DNA from: Octopus vulgaris
Lineage: Eukaryota
Direction of reading: 5' to 3'
DNA: 64,000 nt
NCBI GenBank assembly: GCA_951406725.2
Contig: OX597821.1
Location: 71,982,001 to 72,046,000, forward strand
The translations under genes and the position numbers were made by a program. Every line of letters begins with the position of its first letter. Position 1 is the first letter of the stretch. The notes below the pieces were generated by a model. The model had not been told where the DNA came from. It saw nothing but the letters and a program-made list of their open reading frames with translations, and did not search any database. Shown here one piece after another: positions 1 through 11,066 of the stretch.

Positions 1-62
1 GCAGGCTGTTCCGTTGATTCGGATCAACCGGAACCCTCATCGTCGTAACCCACGGAGTGCTT
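1..62 (+). mobile_element. 3' end of SINE family C (cut by window edge)
   Basis: atcaaccggaaccctcatcgtcgtaacccacgga matches the 3' end of the SINE at 17130-17432 (atcaactggaacactcatcgtcgtcaccgacgaa). Confidence 0.6.
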
Positions 63-322
63 CCACATATATCTCTCTATCTATCTATCTATCTGACCCA
101 TTCACTCTCCCCATTCTCTCTCTCCCCTTTTCTTTCTCCCTCTCTCTCTCTTTCATCGCTCCTTCGATTTTATTTCTCCATCTGTCGCCGAAAGATTCCA
201 CTAAATTAGAAATCCCCCCTCCCCCAACAGTTTAACAGGAGTTTTGCTTGCTTTGATTTTACCAGAATGCGGACTGAGTCTTTTAGTGTCTGTCCTATTT
301 TCTATATTGTCTTAACTATTGC

Positions 323-715
323 TTTCAAATTTTGGCACAAGGCCAGCAACTTCGGAAGAGGGGCTAAGTCAATTACATCGACCCCAGGGCTCACCTGGTA
401 CTAATTTTATCGACACTTGAAGGATGAAAGACAATGTCGACCTCTGTGGAATTTGAACTCAGAACGTAGCGGCAGACGAAATACCTATTTCTTTACTACC
501 CACAAGGGGCTTAACACAGAAGGGACAAACAAGGACAGACAAACGGATTAAGTCGATTATATCGACTCCAGTGCGTAACTGGTACTAATCTTATCGACCC
601 CGAGAGGATAAAAGGCAAAGTCGACCTCAGCGGAATTTGAACTCAGAACGTAACGGCAGACGAAATACCGCTAAGCATTTTGCCCCGCCTCCTAACGATT
701 CCGCCATCTCGCCCC
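323..715 (-). mobile_element. tRNA-derived SINE family A, two-unit array
   Basis: Minus strand: A-box-like tggcggaatcgttag, B-box gagttcaaattcc and central domain gtcgactttgccttttatcctctcggggtcgataa..gtaccag (resembles the Meta/MESC SINE domain). The central domain occurs twice, with two different tails. Confidence 0.85.
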
Positions 716-1217
716 ACCCTTAAATACTCTCTTAAATATTACATGTGATATATCCTTCTCAACCCCCGTTTTTAGTACTTCACCATTGATAGTATCTCTA
801 GAGCAGGTCTTAAATATTTTCCCTTCTTTTAATTACTCTTTCTCTTTCATCCTTCGTTATTTTTGCATCATGAGTATCTCTGCATCAGATGGACCACCCG
901 GAATATCCGACATCGCTCCCGGGATTTGTGATAACTCAGTGTTCAGACGTTGTTTCAAATAATTTTGAAGTACTTCAGCTGTGTTTGTATGTATGTAACC
1001 GTCTTTCCCTTTCATTGCACTTCTCTTGTTTTATCTCATCTTTCTCGCCATTTCACGGACAGACTTTAAAAGACTCGGACTATTATTGTTCTTGAAATCA
1101 CTTCCCGCTAGTTTCTAGTTTGTTTTGTAGATTATGTTTACGTTGTTTACTTCTGTGTTTTTAACTACTTTTATTCACTTCTGTATATTATTCGCTTTTG
1201 ACAATATCGCCTGAGTT

Positions 1218-1578
1218 CTACAGTTCTATATTTAAGAGATGAGGAATTATGTACATTATTTATATTATTTACATTCGACGGATATTTGTCCTCATCTTGT
1301 TTGTTGTTACCACAACGTTTCCGCTGATATACCCTCCAACCAAAATCAGGTGTCTTAGGGAAAATTTCGAACCTGGATTCTCATTCCTAAGGTATTTTTC
1401 GGTGTCATTATTATTGTTGTTGTTGTTGATGTTGAATCGAACTCGGAATCTTGGGGTTAGTAGCCCGCGCTCTTAACCACTACACCATTTGCCCGTGGGC
1501 ATATGCCGTAGGAAACGTTGTGTTAACAACAAACAAGATGAGGACAAATATCCGTCGAATGTAAATAATGTAAATAAT
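1218..1578 (-). mobile_element. tRNA-headed element with degenerate hammerhead motif and inverted partial copy (PLE-like architecture)
   Basis: Minus-strand tRNA-like head tggtgtagtggttaagagcgcgggctactaaccccaagattccgagttcgattc (~1435-1487). Motif gacac-ctgatttt..cagcg-gaaacgtt-gtg at ~1310-1354. 1511-1578 is the reverse complement of ~1256-1322. Confidence 0.7.
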
Positions 1579-2503
1579 CGTCTGGGGTTGTTCAACCTTT
1601 TTTCTTTTGACTTTTCCACTTTGTTCGCAGATACTCTCTATTTCTGGTGACAATCTATCACTAGATTTATTCATTTATTTATTTATTAGATTTGTCTTCC
1701 ACTCTCGGTAGATAATCCTATAGTCTACAGATAATACTATAGACAATACAGATAATCTTGTTATTTATCCAACTAAGGATTTGCTTGTCGACTGTGGCCC
1801 GCCTTGCTCGTCTTTCATTTCTCAGTGACGGAACGGAATATTTATTACCGTGAGACCATTTATTTATTACATACAACTGCAATAATTCGTTTACCTTCCC
1901 ACAGACTATATTTTCTTGTATCATTTGACCAGTTCTTGGGTTGGCCTTCTCCTATTTTAGCGATGATTACGCGACGGATTTTTCATGGAAACTTTCGTTT
2001 TTTTTTATTGTTGTTTTTTATGCTTGTTACTCGTCAAAGAAATCGTAAGACACTTCACTTTTGTAAGTTGAGCCTGAGGCATAGATAGTTACTATTCCAT
2101 CTGCCGAATGAGACACCCGTTAATCTCTATGGGGTGTACTTGCAGGATTTGATCTGTCTTTCGAATTCTACGTATCTCTACTACCATACACACTCCTTGT
2201 CTTTTTGCGTTACATTTTCTGCAGGTAATGGTGAATAAAGTGCTTTCCCTCATCAAACGCACGTGCCTCAATCTATTTTTGAGACTTGAGCAAATCATTT
2301 CTTCATTAACCGGTTATTCTTTGCTGATTTTCATTGTGCAGCAGTAACACTTTCCACTTGGCGATAAATGGGACCAGCAGGATATTTTTAGTATTCTCTC
2401 TCTCACCCTCTCTCTTTGAGTGGATTTTGCTAGTAGTGTGTGAGTAATATATATGTATGTGTTTCTGTGTGTGAGTATATATATATATATATATATATAT
2501 GAG

Positions 2504-2534
<31 letters not shown>

Positions 2535-2775
2535 TAATACATTTCTAAATCTCTCAGAGAGATTTATACAGTAGTAACACGATAAAGTGGTGACGTATTG
2601 TCAACTTAATATGACAGTCCCATGAGAGAGAAGAATACTACTGCTATTTAGCCCTAGGAAGCAGCACCGCTTGCCGTCGGCCTTGACACATTTATTGTGT
2701 CCTTATGTTTACAAAGGGGGAGATAAGCACCTCCACTCAGCTAAGCCAGCAACCAGAGACTAGTTTCTGATTCAT

Positions 2776-2884
2776 TGCCCGAGGCTATAGTGCAAGATAC
2801 TTTGCCCAAGGTACCACGTAGTGGGAATGAACCCGGAACCATGTGGTTGGTAAGCAAGCTACTTACCACACAGCCACACCCGCG
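2776..2884 (-). mobile_element. SINE family B (CORE-type), 5' fragment
   Basis: Reverse complement of tggctgtgtggtaagtagcttgc..ggttccgggttca..ccttgggcaaag, the same head as 22763-23153. Confidence 0.8.
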
Positions 2885-2894
2885 ACTATGTTTA

Positions 2895-2939
<45 letters not shown>

Positions 2940-2957
2940 ATGTATATATATATACAT

Positions 2958-3020
<63 letters not shown>

Positions 3021-3024
<4 letters not shown>

Positions 3025-3794
3025 GTAAATCCTCGAGTATAATCCGCACTTTTTTCCCAAAATTTAAAGGTCAAAATCCATAGTGCGTATTATATACGAG
3101 GTTAAAAATGAAAAATATTTTCTAAGCAATGTCTGAGTGTCTATTTGCTGTCCGGCATTGTTTATTCAGACGCATTTTGTGATGTCGGGCGCGAAAATAC
3201 CTTAAGCTAAGCCTGAAAGCCATGAAGTCATAAAAGAATCATCCATAACTTGCAGTAAGCAACATTAATTAAAATAAAAGTATTCAGATCACAGAATAAC
3301 ATGTAACAAAAACAATTTGCAAGCATATTTACATTCCCATATAACAGTTAAGAACATCAGCATTATTGTATTATGCACGCGCGGGAGTGTTTGTTCGACT
3401 AGGTGCTGCTGGCTTAATAGTTTAGCGATAAATAAGTTCATCCTGCTGTTTGTATTGGCAGTTTGCATCATCACCGTGGCAAACAATAAATACTTAATTA
3501 AATACCAGTATTAAATGTTTGAACTACTGTGGGTCTTTACTAGGGTTTTTTGTAAGCGGGACTTAAACCTGTACATTAATCTCCAATAAAACATTTTATA
3601 CATTACATGCCCATAAAATGCCTCGTAGATCTTATTCAGCTATGTTTAAACTTGAAGTTATATCATATGCTGAAGAGCATGGTAATATGACCGCCGAAAG
3701 AAAATTTGATGTTGAAAACAATATCAGGTTATGGAGAAGAAATAAAGATGAAATTAAACAGAAGCCAAAGATAAAGAAGGCAAAACGGCAATAA
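3021..3794 (+). mobile_element. pogo-superfamily DNA transposon, left end plus truncated transposase (Brinker-type DNA-binding domain)
   Basis: Starts TA|ccgtaaatcctcgagtataatccgcac (pogo/Tc2-type terminus with an inverted echo gtgcgtattatatacgagg). 3618-3794 encodes MPRRSYSAMFKLEVISYAEEHGNMTAERKFDVENNIRLWRRNK, resembling the BrkDBD of POGK/Passer-type transposases. No catalytic domain or right TIR seen. Confidence 0.7.
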
Positions 3795-4189
3795 TAAAGG
3801 ACGTTACTGTATACATTTTTACAAACCAAGGACGTTATATAGACCTCCTTGACTCACAAAAGTTTTGTGAAGGGAACAGTAGTGTGACAAGTATCTTATC
3901 ATATAGCATGAAATTATACCCACCTCATTGTGGTTTAATCATGGATAGATTCATCGTCTGTGAGTATGAAATATCTCCTCATATCTCTGGAAATTTGCAA
4001 CTACATTATGGATTGATTCATCTTCTCTGTGAAGCTAATAAGCTTTTTTAAAACCTGTGATAAGACTGTGCATCATCATTAAAGAACTTTGGAAGTCCGC
4101 TTACAACCTGAATTTGCTTTTATAAAATTATCTCCGATACTTCATGAGTGTAGCCTCACCCACTAAGATGTTTGGAGAACTCATATGTG

Positions 4190-4280
4190 TTTTAGCTGAT
4201 GAGTACGGGACACTTGTATTTGCTGCAATATTTGCAGCTTTTAATAAAGCCTGTCTTTGTATGAAACAATTGTACTAAAA
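4190..4280 (+). ncRNA. Type I hammerhead ribozyme fold with long branched stem II
   Basis: Stem I ttttag/ctaaaa; core CTGATGA 4196-4202; stem II gtacgggaca/tgtctttgtat; GAAA 4263-4266; palindromic stem III acaattgt; GUA triplet ending at 4274. Confidence 0.75.
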
Positions 4281-4307
4281 AACTAATCCATTCTTGTTGC
4301 TTTTCTC

Positions 4308-4365
<58 letters not shown>

Positions 4366-4372
4366 CAATATG

Positions 4373-4571
4373 TGACAGCGTGTATATCGTTGGCGATTTT
4401 CTTTCTCCGTCTTCCCTTCTTTGAACTTTTTCTATATTTCTGTCGACGAGCTCCGCTCGAAACGTGAAATCCTCTTTCTTTTCTTTCCTTTCCTGAGCAT
4501 CCAATAACAATGTACTTATTCCACGTCCTCGCGTTGTTGTTTATTTCTTGCTTGTTCATGTTTGAATTAAC
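4373..4571 (+). mobile_element. ~200 bp (TA)n-embedded element with minimal hammerhead motif (family H1)
   Basis: Homologous to 5777-5979; ctgtcgac-gagc-tcc-gctc-gaaacgtg at 4440-4466; (TA)n on both sides. Confidence 0.7.
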
Positions 4572-4585
4572 TATACATATATGTA

Positions 4586-4698
<113 letters not shown>

Positions 4699-5464
4699 GT
4701 ATGTATATGGAGAGAAGAGGTGTATTCCCACGCGGAAATACTATATAAGAGAATTTGTTTTCGGGTTAGAAAACGCACCTGAATTTGAAAAGCGCGTAGA
4801 CGTTTTTAAATAGATTTATTCAGACAACAAACTAGTTTCAACAACTTTTTTTTGTTTATCAATGGTACAAATATGTATAAAACTAGTGAATTTTAACAGA
4901 GTTTAAATTTACGAAGTAGAAATCGGATAAACGTGTCTAAACGATCAAATAATCAAATGTTCACAAAAAAATTCAATGTGTTTCGCATGGATAGATAATA
5001 TCAAAGTAAACGTTCGGTAAATATTATATTATTGATTATAACAACTGTATATTATTGTAAAGTCGGTCATATTGAGTTTTTATAGAATACGTGGACAGGG
5101 GAGAGAAGAAAAAGGGAAGAGAGTAAAAATAGTGATTTTACAATTGCTTTCGTCGTGCATGTAGTCCTTTCAAATTCGGTTACTGGCCTCTTTGTTATAT
5201 GCCTATATATGTGTGTGTGCGTGTTTCTGTGGGTGTATATGTGTGTGCGTGTGTGCGTTTGTGCGTGTATATATATATATAAAGTATGTATATATATATG
5301 TGTATATATACATATATATATATATATATAATAATAAGAGTAAATAATTTCTATAAAGGCTTTTAAAAAAACCCCAATTATTTACTGGTAGAATTCGGTA
5401 TGTAAATATAGCCGATTACCGGCAGGAACTTCTGTAAAGTTCAGTATATATATTGTATATAAGA

Positions 5465-5553
5465 AAAAGGGACAGGCAAAACAGGTTGCTTGACCGCATA
5501 CCGAAATATTTTTTCGGTATGCGGTCAAGCAACCTGTTTTGCCTGTCCCTTTT
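5465..5553. repeat. Perfect 42-bp inverted repeat (5-nt loop) between TA tracts
   Basis: aaaagggacaggcaaaacaggttgcttgaccgcataccgaaa (5465-5506), loop tattt, then the exact reverse complement (5512-5553). Confidence 0.95.
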
Positions 5554-5638
<85 letters not shown>

Positions 5639-5776
5639 CTTATAAATAAGGGCAAACGAAAAAATTTCTAATGCCAAATATACCGAAATTAGACACCTTG
5701 TCCATAACCATATAATTTTTTCACAATACGCACGCTACTCAAAAAAGGTCGACAGAAATTTCTAAAAAATTCCATT

Positions 5777-5979
5777 ATGACCGCGTGTGTATCGTTGGTG
5801 ATTTTCTTTCTCCTTGTTCTCTTCTTTGGATCTTTCCTTTTCTTATGTTTCTGACGAAGAGCTCCGCTCGAAACGTTAAATCCTCCTTCTTTCTTTCCTT
5901 TCTTGAGCGTCCTATAACACCATACTTGTTCCACGTCCTCGCGTTGTTGTGTTTTCTCTTTGTTCTTGTTTGGATTAAG
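5777..5979 (+). mobile_element. Family H1 element with intact minimal hammerhead core
   Basis: gttt-CTGACGA-a-gagc-tcc-gctc-GAAA-cgtt-aaat at 5847-5881, followed by a (TA)n/(TG)n tract. Relatives at 4373, 22553, 23202, 28322 and 54826. Confidence 0.75.
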
Positions 5980-6022
5980 TATATATATATATGTAAGTAT
6001 ACATATATACATGTATACATAT

Positions 6023-6075
<53 letters not shown>

Positions 6076-6203
6076 CGTGTGTGTGTGTACATATATATGT
6101 ATATGTATCTAGCTCTATGTACATATATATATGTACACATACGCATATATACATATGTATTTATATACATATATACATATATATAAATATATATATTTAT
6201 ATA

Positions 6204-6256
<53 letters not shown>

Positions 6257-6570
6257 CGTATATGTATGCATGTATATATGTAAGATAGTTTGATCAAGTT
6301 AAATACGTACACACGCATACACACTTATGCATGCATATTATACATTTATTATAAATCACGTAGAGAGAAAAATAGAGAGTGAGGGGGGAGCATTCTACTT
6401 TTCGTTTAAATATCAAAGGTAAAATAAGAAGTAAGTAAATGAACAAAAAAAACGCTGATCAGGTAAAGCTTAACAGGTGATCTCGGCGCTTTAGAAAATT
6501 GCTGTTATTCACTGATATGTAGACAATAGACAGACGCTACATTAACTTTAGCGAGGAATGTGTGTATGTG

Positions 6571-6611
<41 letters not shown>

Positions 6612-7740
6612 TGTGTATAATTGTGTATGTAGGTGATTATGTGTTGGGGTGGGGTGTGTGAAGTTTATCAGTATTTGTTGTCTGAGAACGGCTAAAACAA
6701 TTCTGATTCTTGCATGGCTAACTCTTGCTTGTTTAATCAGATTGCTTAAGAGCGGAATGCATCTGAAATACGTACAAGTCATTCGACAGTTTGGTTAAAT
6801 GTTTCTCGAAGAGGTCAACAGCTGAGTTGGATTATGGAAGTATTTTTTATGGTGATGATTTCGCTTAAGTGTTTAGCTTCTATTTGAAAAGGTTCCCCTT
6901 GTTCTTTAAAATCTCTGTTTACGAAACACGATAAGATTTAACGGATATGATGTCCGTCTATGCGGTTGTGTCTGGCAGTTTATGTTTTCACCTTTTTATT
7001 CTTTATTTCTTTTGTTTTTGGCTTTTTTTTTCTTTTGGATTTTTGTTGCTTTTTTTTTTTACTTGTCGGTTCTGGAGAAAGACCAGTAATGAAGGACCTT
7101 CACTGACCTTCGTTGACCTGCGATCGGTGAGATTGAAACCGTTAACGTTCCGTTGAAACTATTACATGTCAACGTCTGTAGGTAAAACATGTAAAGAGAT
7201 AAAAAAAAATCCTGGTAGGAGTGATGTTCCGGAGAGAAAGGACTCGGAGTAGGGGCTAGTGCTGAGTGTGGGAGGAATTAAACGCAGCATGGCTAATGGA
7301 GAGAAATCTGAGTGAGGAGTCTTTAAGTGGAGAGTGCATTACACCACTGAGCTGCAAGGAAGTGCAACCACAACAGTAGAAAAGGTGAAGAAGAGAGAGT
7401 AAGCTTGTGAACCAGAAGCTGATCTAAGTCTGTGAGTGATTTGAAGCCAAACATTTCAGTCGCCTTTCTTTATGTAAACGTATCAACAATTTACTTTCTG
7501 GCCACGGTTTTCAAATACATGATTCGTTCGTCGTTTTTGATTCACAAAATTGAGGGGATAGCAGAAGTGACAAAGTCGACCCCAATGTATTACTGTTAGT
7601 TATTTTATTTTACTGACTCCAGCAAAATGAAAAATAGTAACAATTACCATTTCTAGTTGAATTTTTTATTCTTTCTTCGAATTATGGTAATGGTGGTGGT
7701 GGCGGGGGTATAGATGTTTGAAGAAGTGGTTTTGGTGATA

Positions 7741-8329
7741 CTTTTCTACTGTAGGCACAAGGCCTGAAATTTGGGGGGAAGGGGCCAGTCGATTACATCG
7801 ACCCCAGTGCGTAACTTGTACTTAATTTATCGACACCGAAAGGATGAAAGGCAAAGTCGACCTCGGTGGAATTTGAACTTAGAACGTACTGCTAAGCATT
7901 TCGCCCGTAACGGCAGACGAAATACCTATTTCTTTACTACCCACAAGGGGCTAAACACAGAGGGGACGAACAAGGACAGACAAACGGATTAAGTCGATTA
8001 TATCGACCCCAGTGCGTAACTGGTACTTTATTTATCGACCCGGAAAGAATGAAAGGCAAGTCGACCTCGGTGGAATTTGAACTCAGAACGTAGCGGCAGA
8101 CGAAATACCTATTTCTTTACTACCCACAAGGGGCTAAATACAGAGGGGACGAACAAGGACAGACAAACGGATTTAGTCGATTATATCGACTCCAGTGCGT
8201 AACTGGTACTTAATTTATCGACCCCGAAAGGATGAAAGGCAAACTCGACCACGGCGGAATTTGAACTCAGAACGTAACGGCAGACGCTAAGCATTTCGCC
8301 CGGCGTGCTAACGATTCCGCCAGCTCGCC
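7741..8329 (-). mobile_element. SINE family A, three-unit tandem array
   Basis: Three copies of the central domain (7800-7880, 8005-8090, 8185-8270), a single complete head at ~8290-8329, and junctions gcagacgaaat|acctatttc. Confidence 0.85.
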
Positions 8330-8644
8330 GTCTTGGTGATGCTGTTTATGATCATCGTCCTCGTCGCCTTTCCACCATTATCGTTGCCTTTGTCGTCATT
8401 GTCTTCGTTGTTATGGCTGACTTTTATCGTCGACTTCATCCCCGTTGCCGTTATTCAACTGACTCTCACACGTCTTCGTTTGTGCTCCAGTTCTTTCGAG
8501 CTCATGGTGGAAATTCTTTAAAAGAAAAACAAGAAATGCAAAGACAGACCCAGAGAAATATAAACATATTACTATGCCACCGGCATAAGACTAAAAGACT
8601 AACAGGAACTCTTCCTCCTTTTCTCCACCTCCCTCTCTTTCTTT

Positions 8645-8694
<50 letters not shown>

Positions 8695-8979
8695 GTTGAA
8701 TATGATATAAAGTATTAAGAGAAGGGAGAACATATGTGAATTGGGTTGTCATATAAATTCGTTCGCTTTTGTTTTGTTTTTTCTTTTGTTTTCTAATTTG
8801 TGCTCCGTCATAATATATCTGAAAAGAAGTAAAACTTACTGAAATTTTAAAAACGAAGAATAGAGCTTCAAAAACTTCCATGAAACACTACGAAAAAATA
8901 TTTTTCGTCTTAATTCGAAATTGGAAAGGATTAAAATAAAAGGAAAAACAAAGAACCAATTCATCTAATGCAACAGGAC

Positions 8980-9046
<67 letters not shown>

Positions 9047-9413
9047 CGTGTGTGCGTGCGCGTGTGCGTGTGTGTACAGAGAGACAGGCAGACAGACAGA
9101 CAGTGTGACCTTTAATGGAGATTTCTGATCAGAAAAATCGATGCTATTTAGTCGAACGTCTAACAAAAGGCGATTCGTCAGGGTCGAAGGTTAAAGGAGA
9201 AGAGGAAAGAGTAGGAAAAACTAGAAGGAAGGATTTATGATGAGGACGATGAGGATGATGAGGATGAGATGGTGTGTGGGAGAGGGGAAGGGGAGGAGGA
9301 GGAGGAGGAGGTGAGGAAAGACTATAATTATTTTCTAAATCGTTTTCCCTTACTTTCTTTGCTACAATTACCAAACCATTTATAAATCTTCAGTGAACCA
9401 TTTCTTTTAGTTA

Positions 9414-9488
<75 letters not shown>

Positions 9489-9589
9489 TTTCTCTCTCTC
9501 TGTCAGGAATTTTCTGTTTGACTTCACCCCGCCGATTTGTTACACTATAGAAGCAATTTTGGTACACAGAAAATGAAATAGAGAGAGCG

Positions 9590-10056
9590 ACACACACACA
9601 CATATATATATATACACACGCACAAACATACAGACACACACACACAACACACACATATATATACGCACATGCACATACATCCATATACACCCACAGGTAT
9701 ATATATATATATATTTATATATATACATATATATACATATTCACCTACATACATACATGCATACATACATACACACGCATGCATGCATACATACACAGAT
9801 ATATATATATATACATATATACATATATATACATACATATATACATATTTACCGACATACATACATACAGACAGACATGCATACATACATACACACACAT
9901 GCATGCATACATACATACATGCATACACACACAAGCTTCGCATTATGGCATCCGTTCCCTTCCTTAATTCTTATATATATTGGTAAAAACAGTAAAATAG
10001 CAAAAGAAAGAAAGAGACCGAATAACTGTCACATTATTTTACAGATATTATTTTAC

Positions 10057-10101
<45 letters not shown>

Positions 10102-10144
10102 TGTATATATACATATTCACCTACATACATGCATACATACATAA

Positions 10145-10175
<31 letters not shown>

Positions 10176-10260
10176 CATACATACATACATACATACATAC
10201 ATACATACATACATACATACATACATACATACATACATACATTGCATCCGTTCCCGTCCT
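9590..10260. repeat. Compound (CATA/TA/CA)n microsatellite with longer-period internal duplications
   Basis: atatacatattcacctacatacat recurs (~9731, ~10108; variant ~9840); gcatccgttccc occurs at 9948 and 10244. Confidence 0.8.
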
Positions 10261-10964
10261 CAATTCTTTATTCGCTCTTGTTATGTCATGTTATTTTTCT
10301 CAAAATCTCATTAAGTAGTTTTGCTTTGATTGTGACGGCTTTTGTTTATCTATAAACATCGTTTACATTTTTCACCTCTTTCACCATCGTATTTACCTTC
10401 ACAGCCTTTCTTTCTCAGTCGACTTGCCTATCAAGAACTTCATTTATAAACAACATCAATCTGAGAACGTCTTTTCTCTACTTGAGAACTCTCGAAACTT
10501 ACTGACTGGAAACAAACAACAACAAAATACAAACCCAAAGCGCCTTCTAAAAGTCGAGGCACATTTTATCATTCTTTATATATATATTTTTTTTCTATTT
10601 TTATTTTTTACTTAACAAGACTTAAGTGTAAAGACTAAAGACTGAATGAAAATAAAACAGAGGGCAGCTGATGTAAACAAAACACCGGATTCCTTTCGAA
10701 TTGTTTTCTCCTTCTGCAATTTTTCCCTTCGTCTGTTTATTTATTCAAAGAGAACGCTTTGTTGTTCCATCACGTCCGACTTTCTTGTAAGCCAAAAAAT
10801 CCAGCAGGTTCCACGACATTAGAAATACGTTACATACACATGCATAAACACACACGTACGCACATGTAGGGGAAGTGTACACGCGCACACACGCACACAC
10901 ACATGTATATATGCATGCATGTAAATGTATCGGGTATGCTAATCTAGAGAGAGAGAGAGAGAGT

Positions 10965-11066
<102 letters not shown>

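Noticed and set aside
1435-1487. tRNA gene
   Set aside because: It has A/B boxes and an anticodon-like arm but no acceptor-stem 3' half; it is a repeat head. The same applies to SINE A, B and C heads.
2092-2298. ITCRKC-containing ORF as a GIY-YIG remnant
   Set aside because: Only a CxxC resemblance; the YIGxT and R/H motifs are not recoverable.
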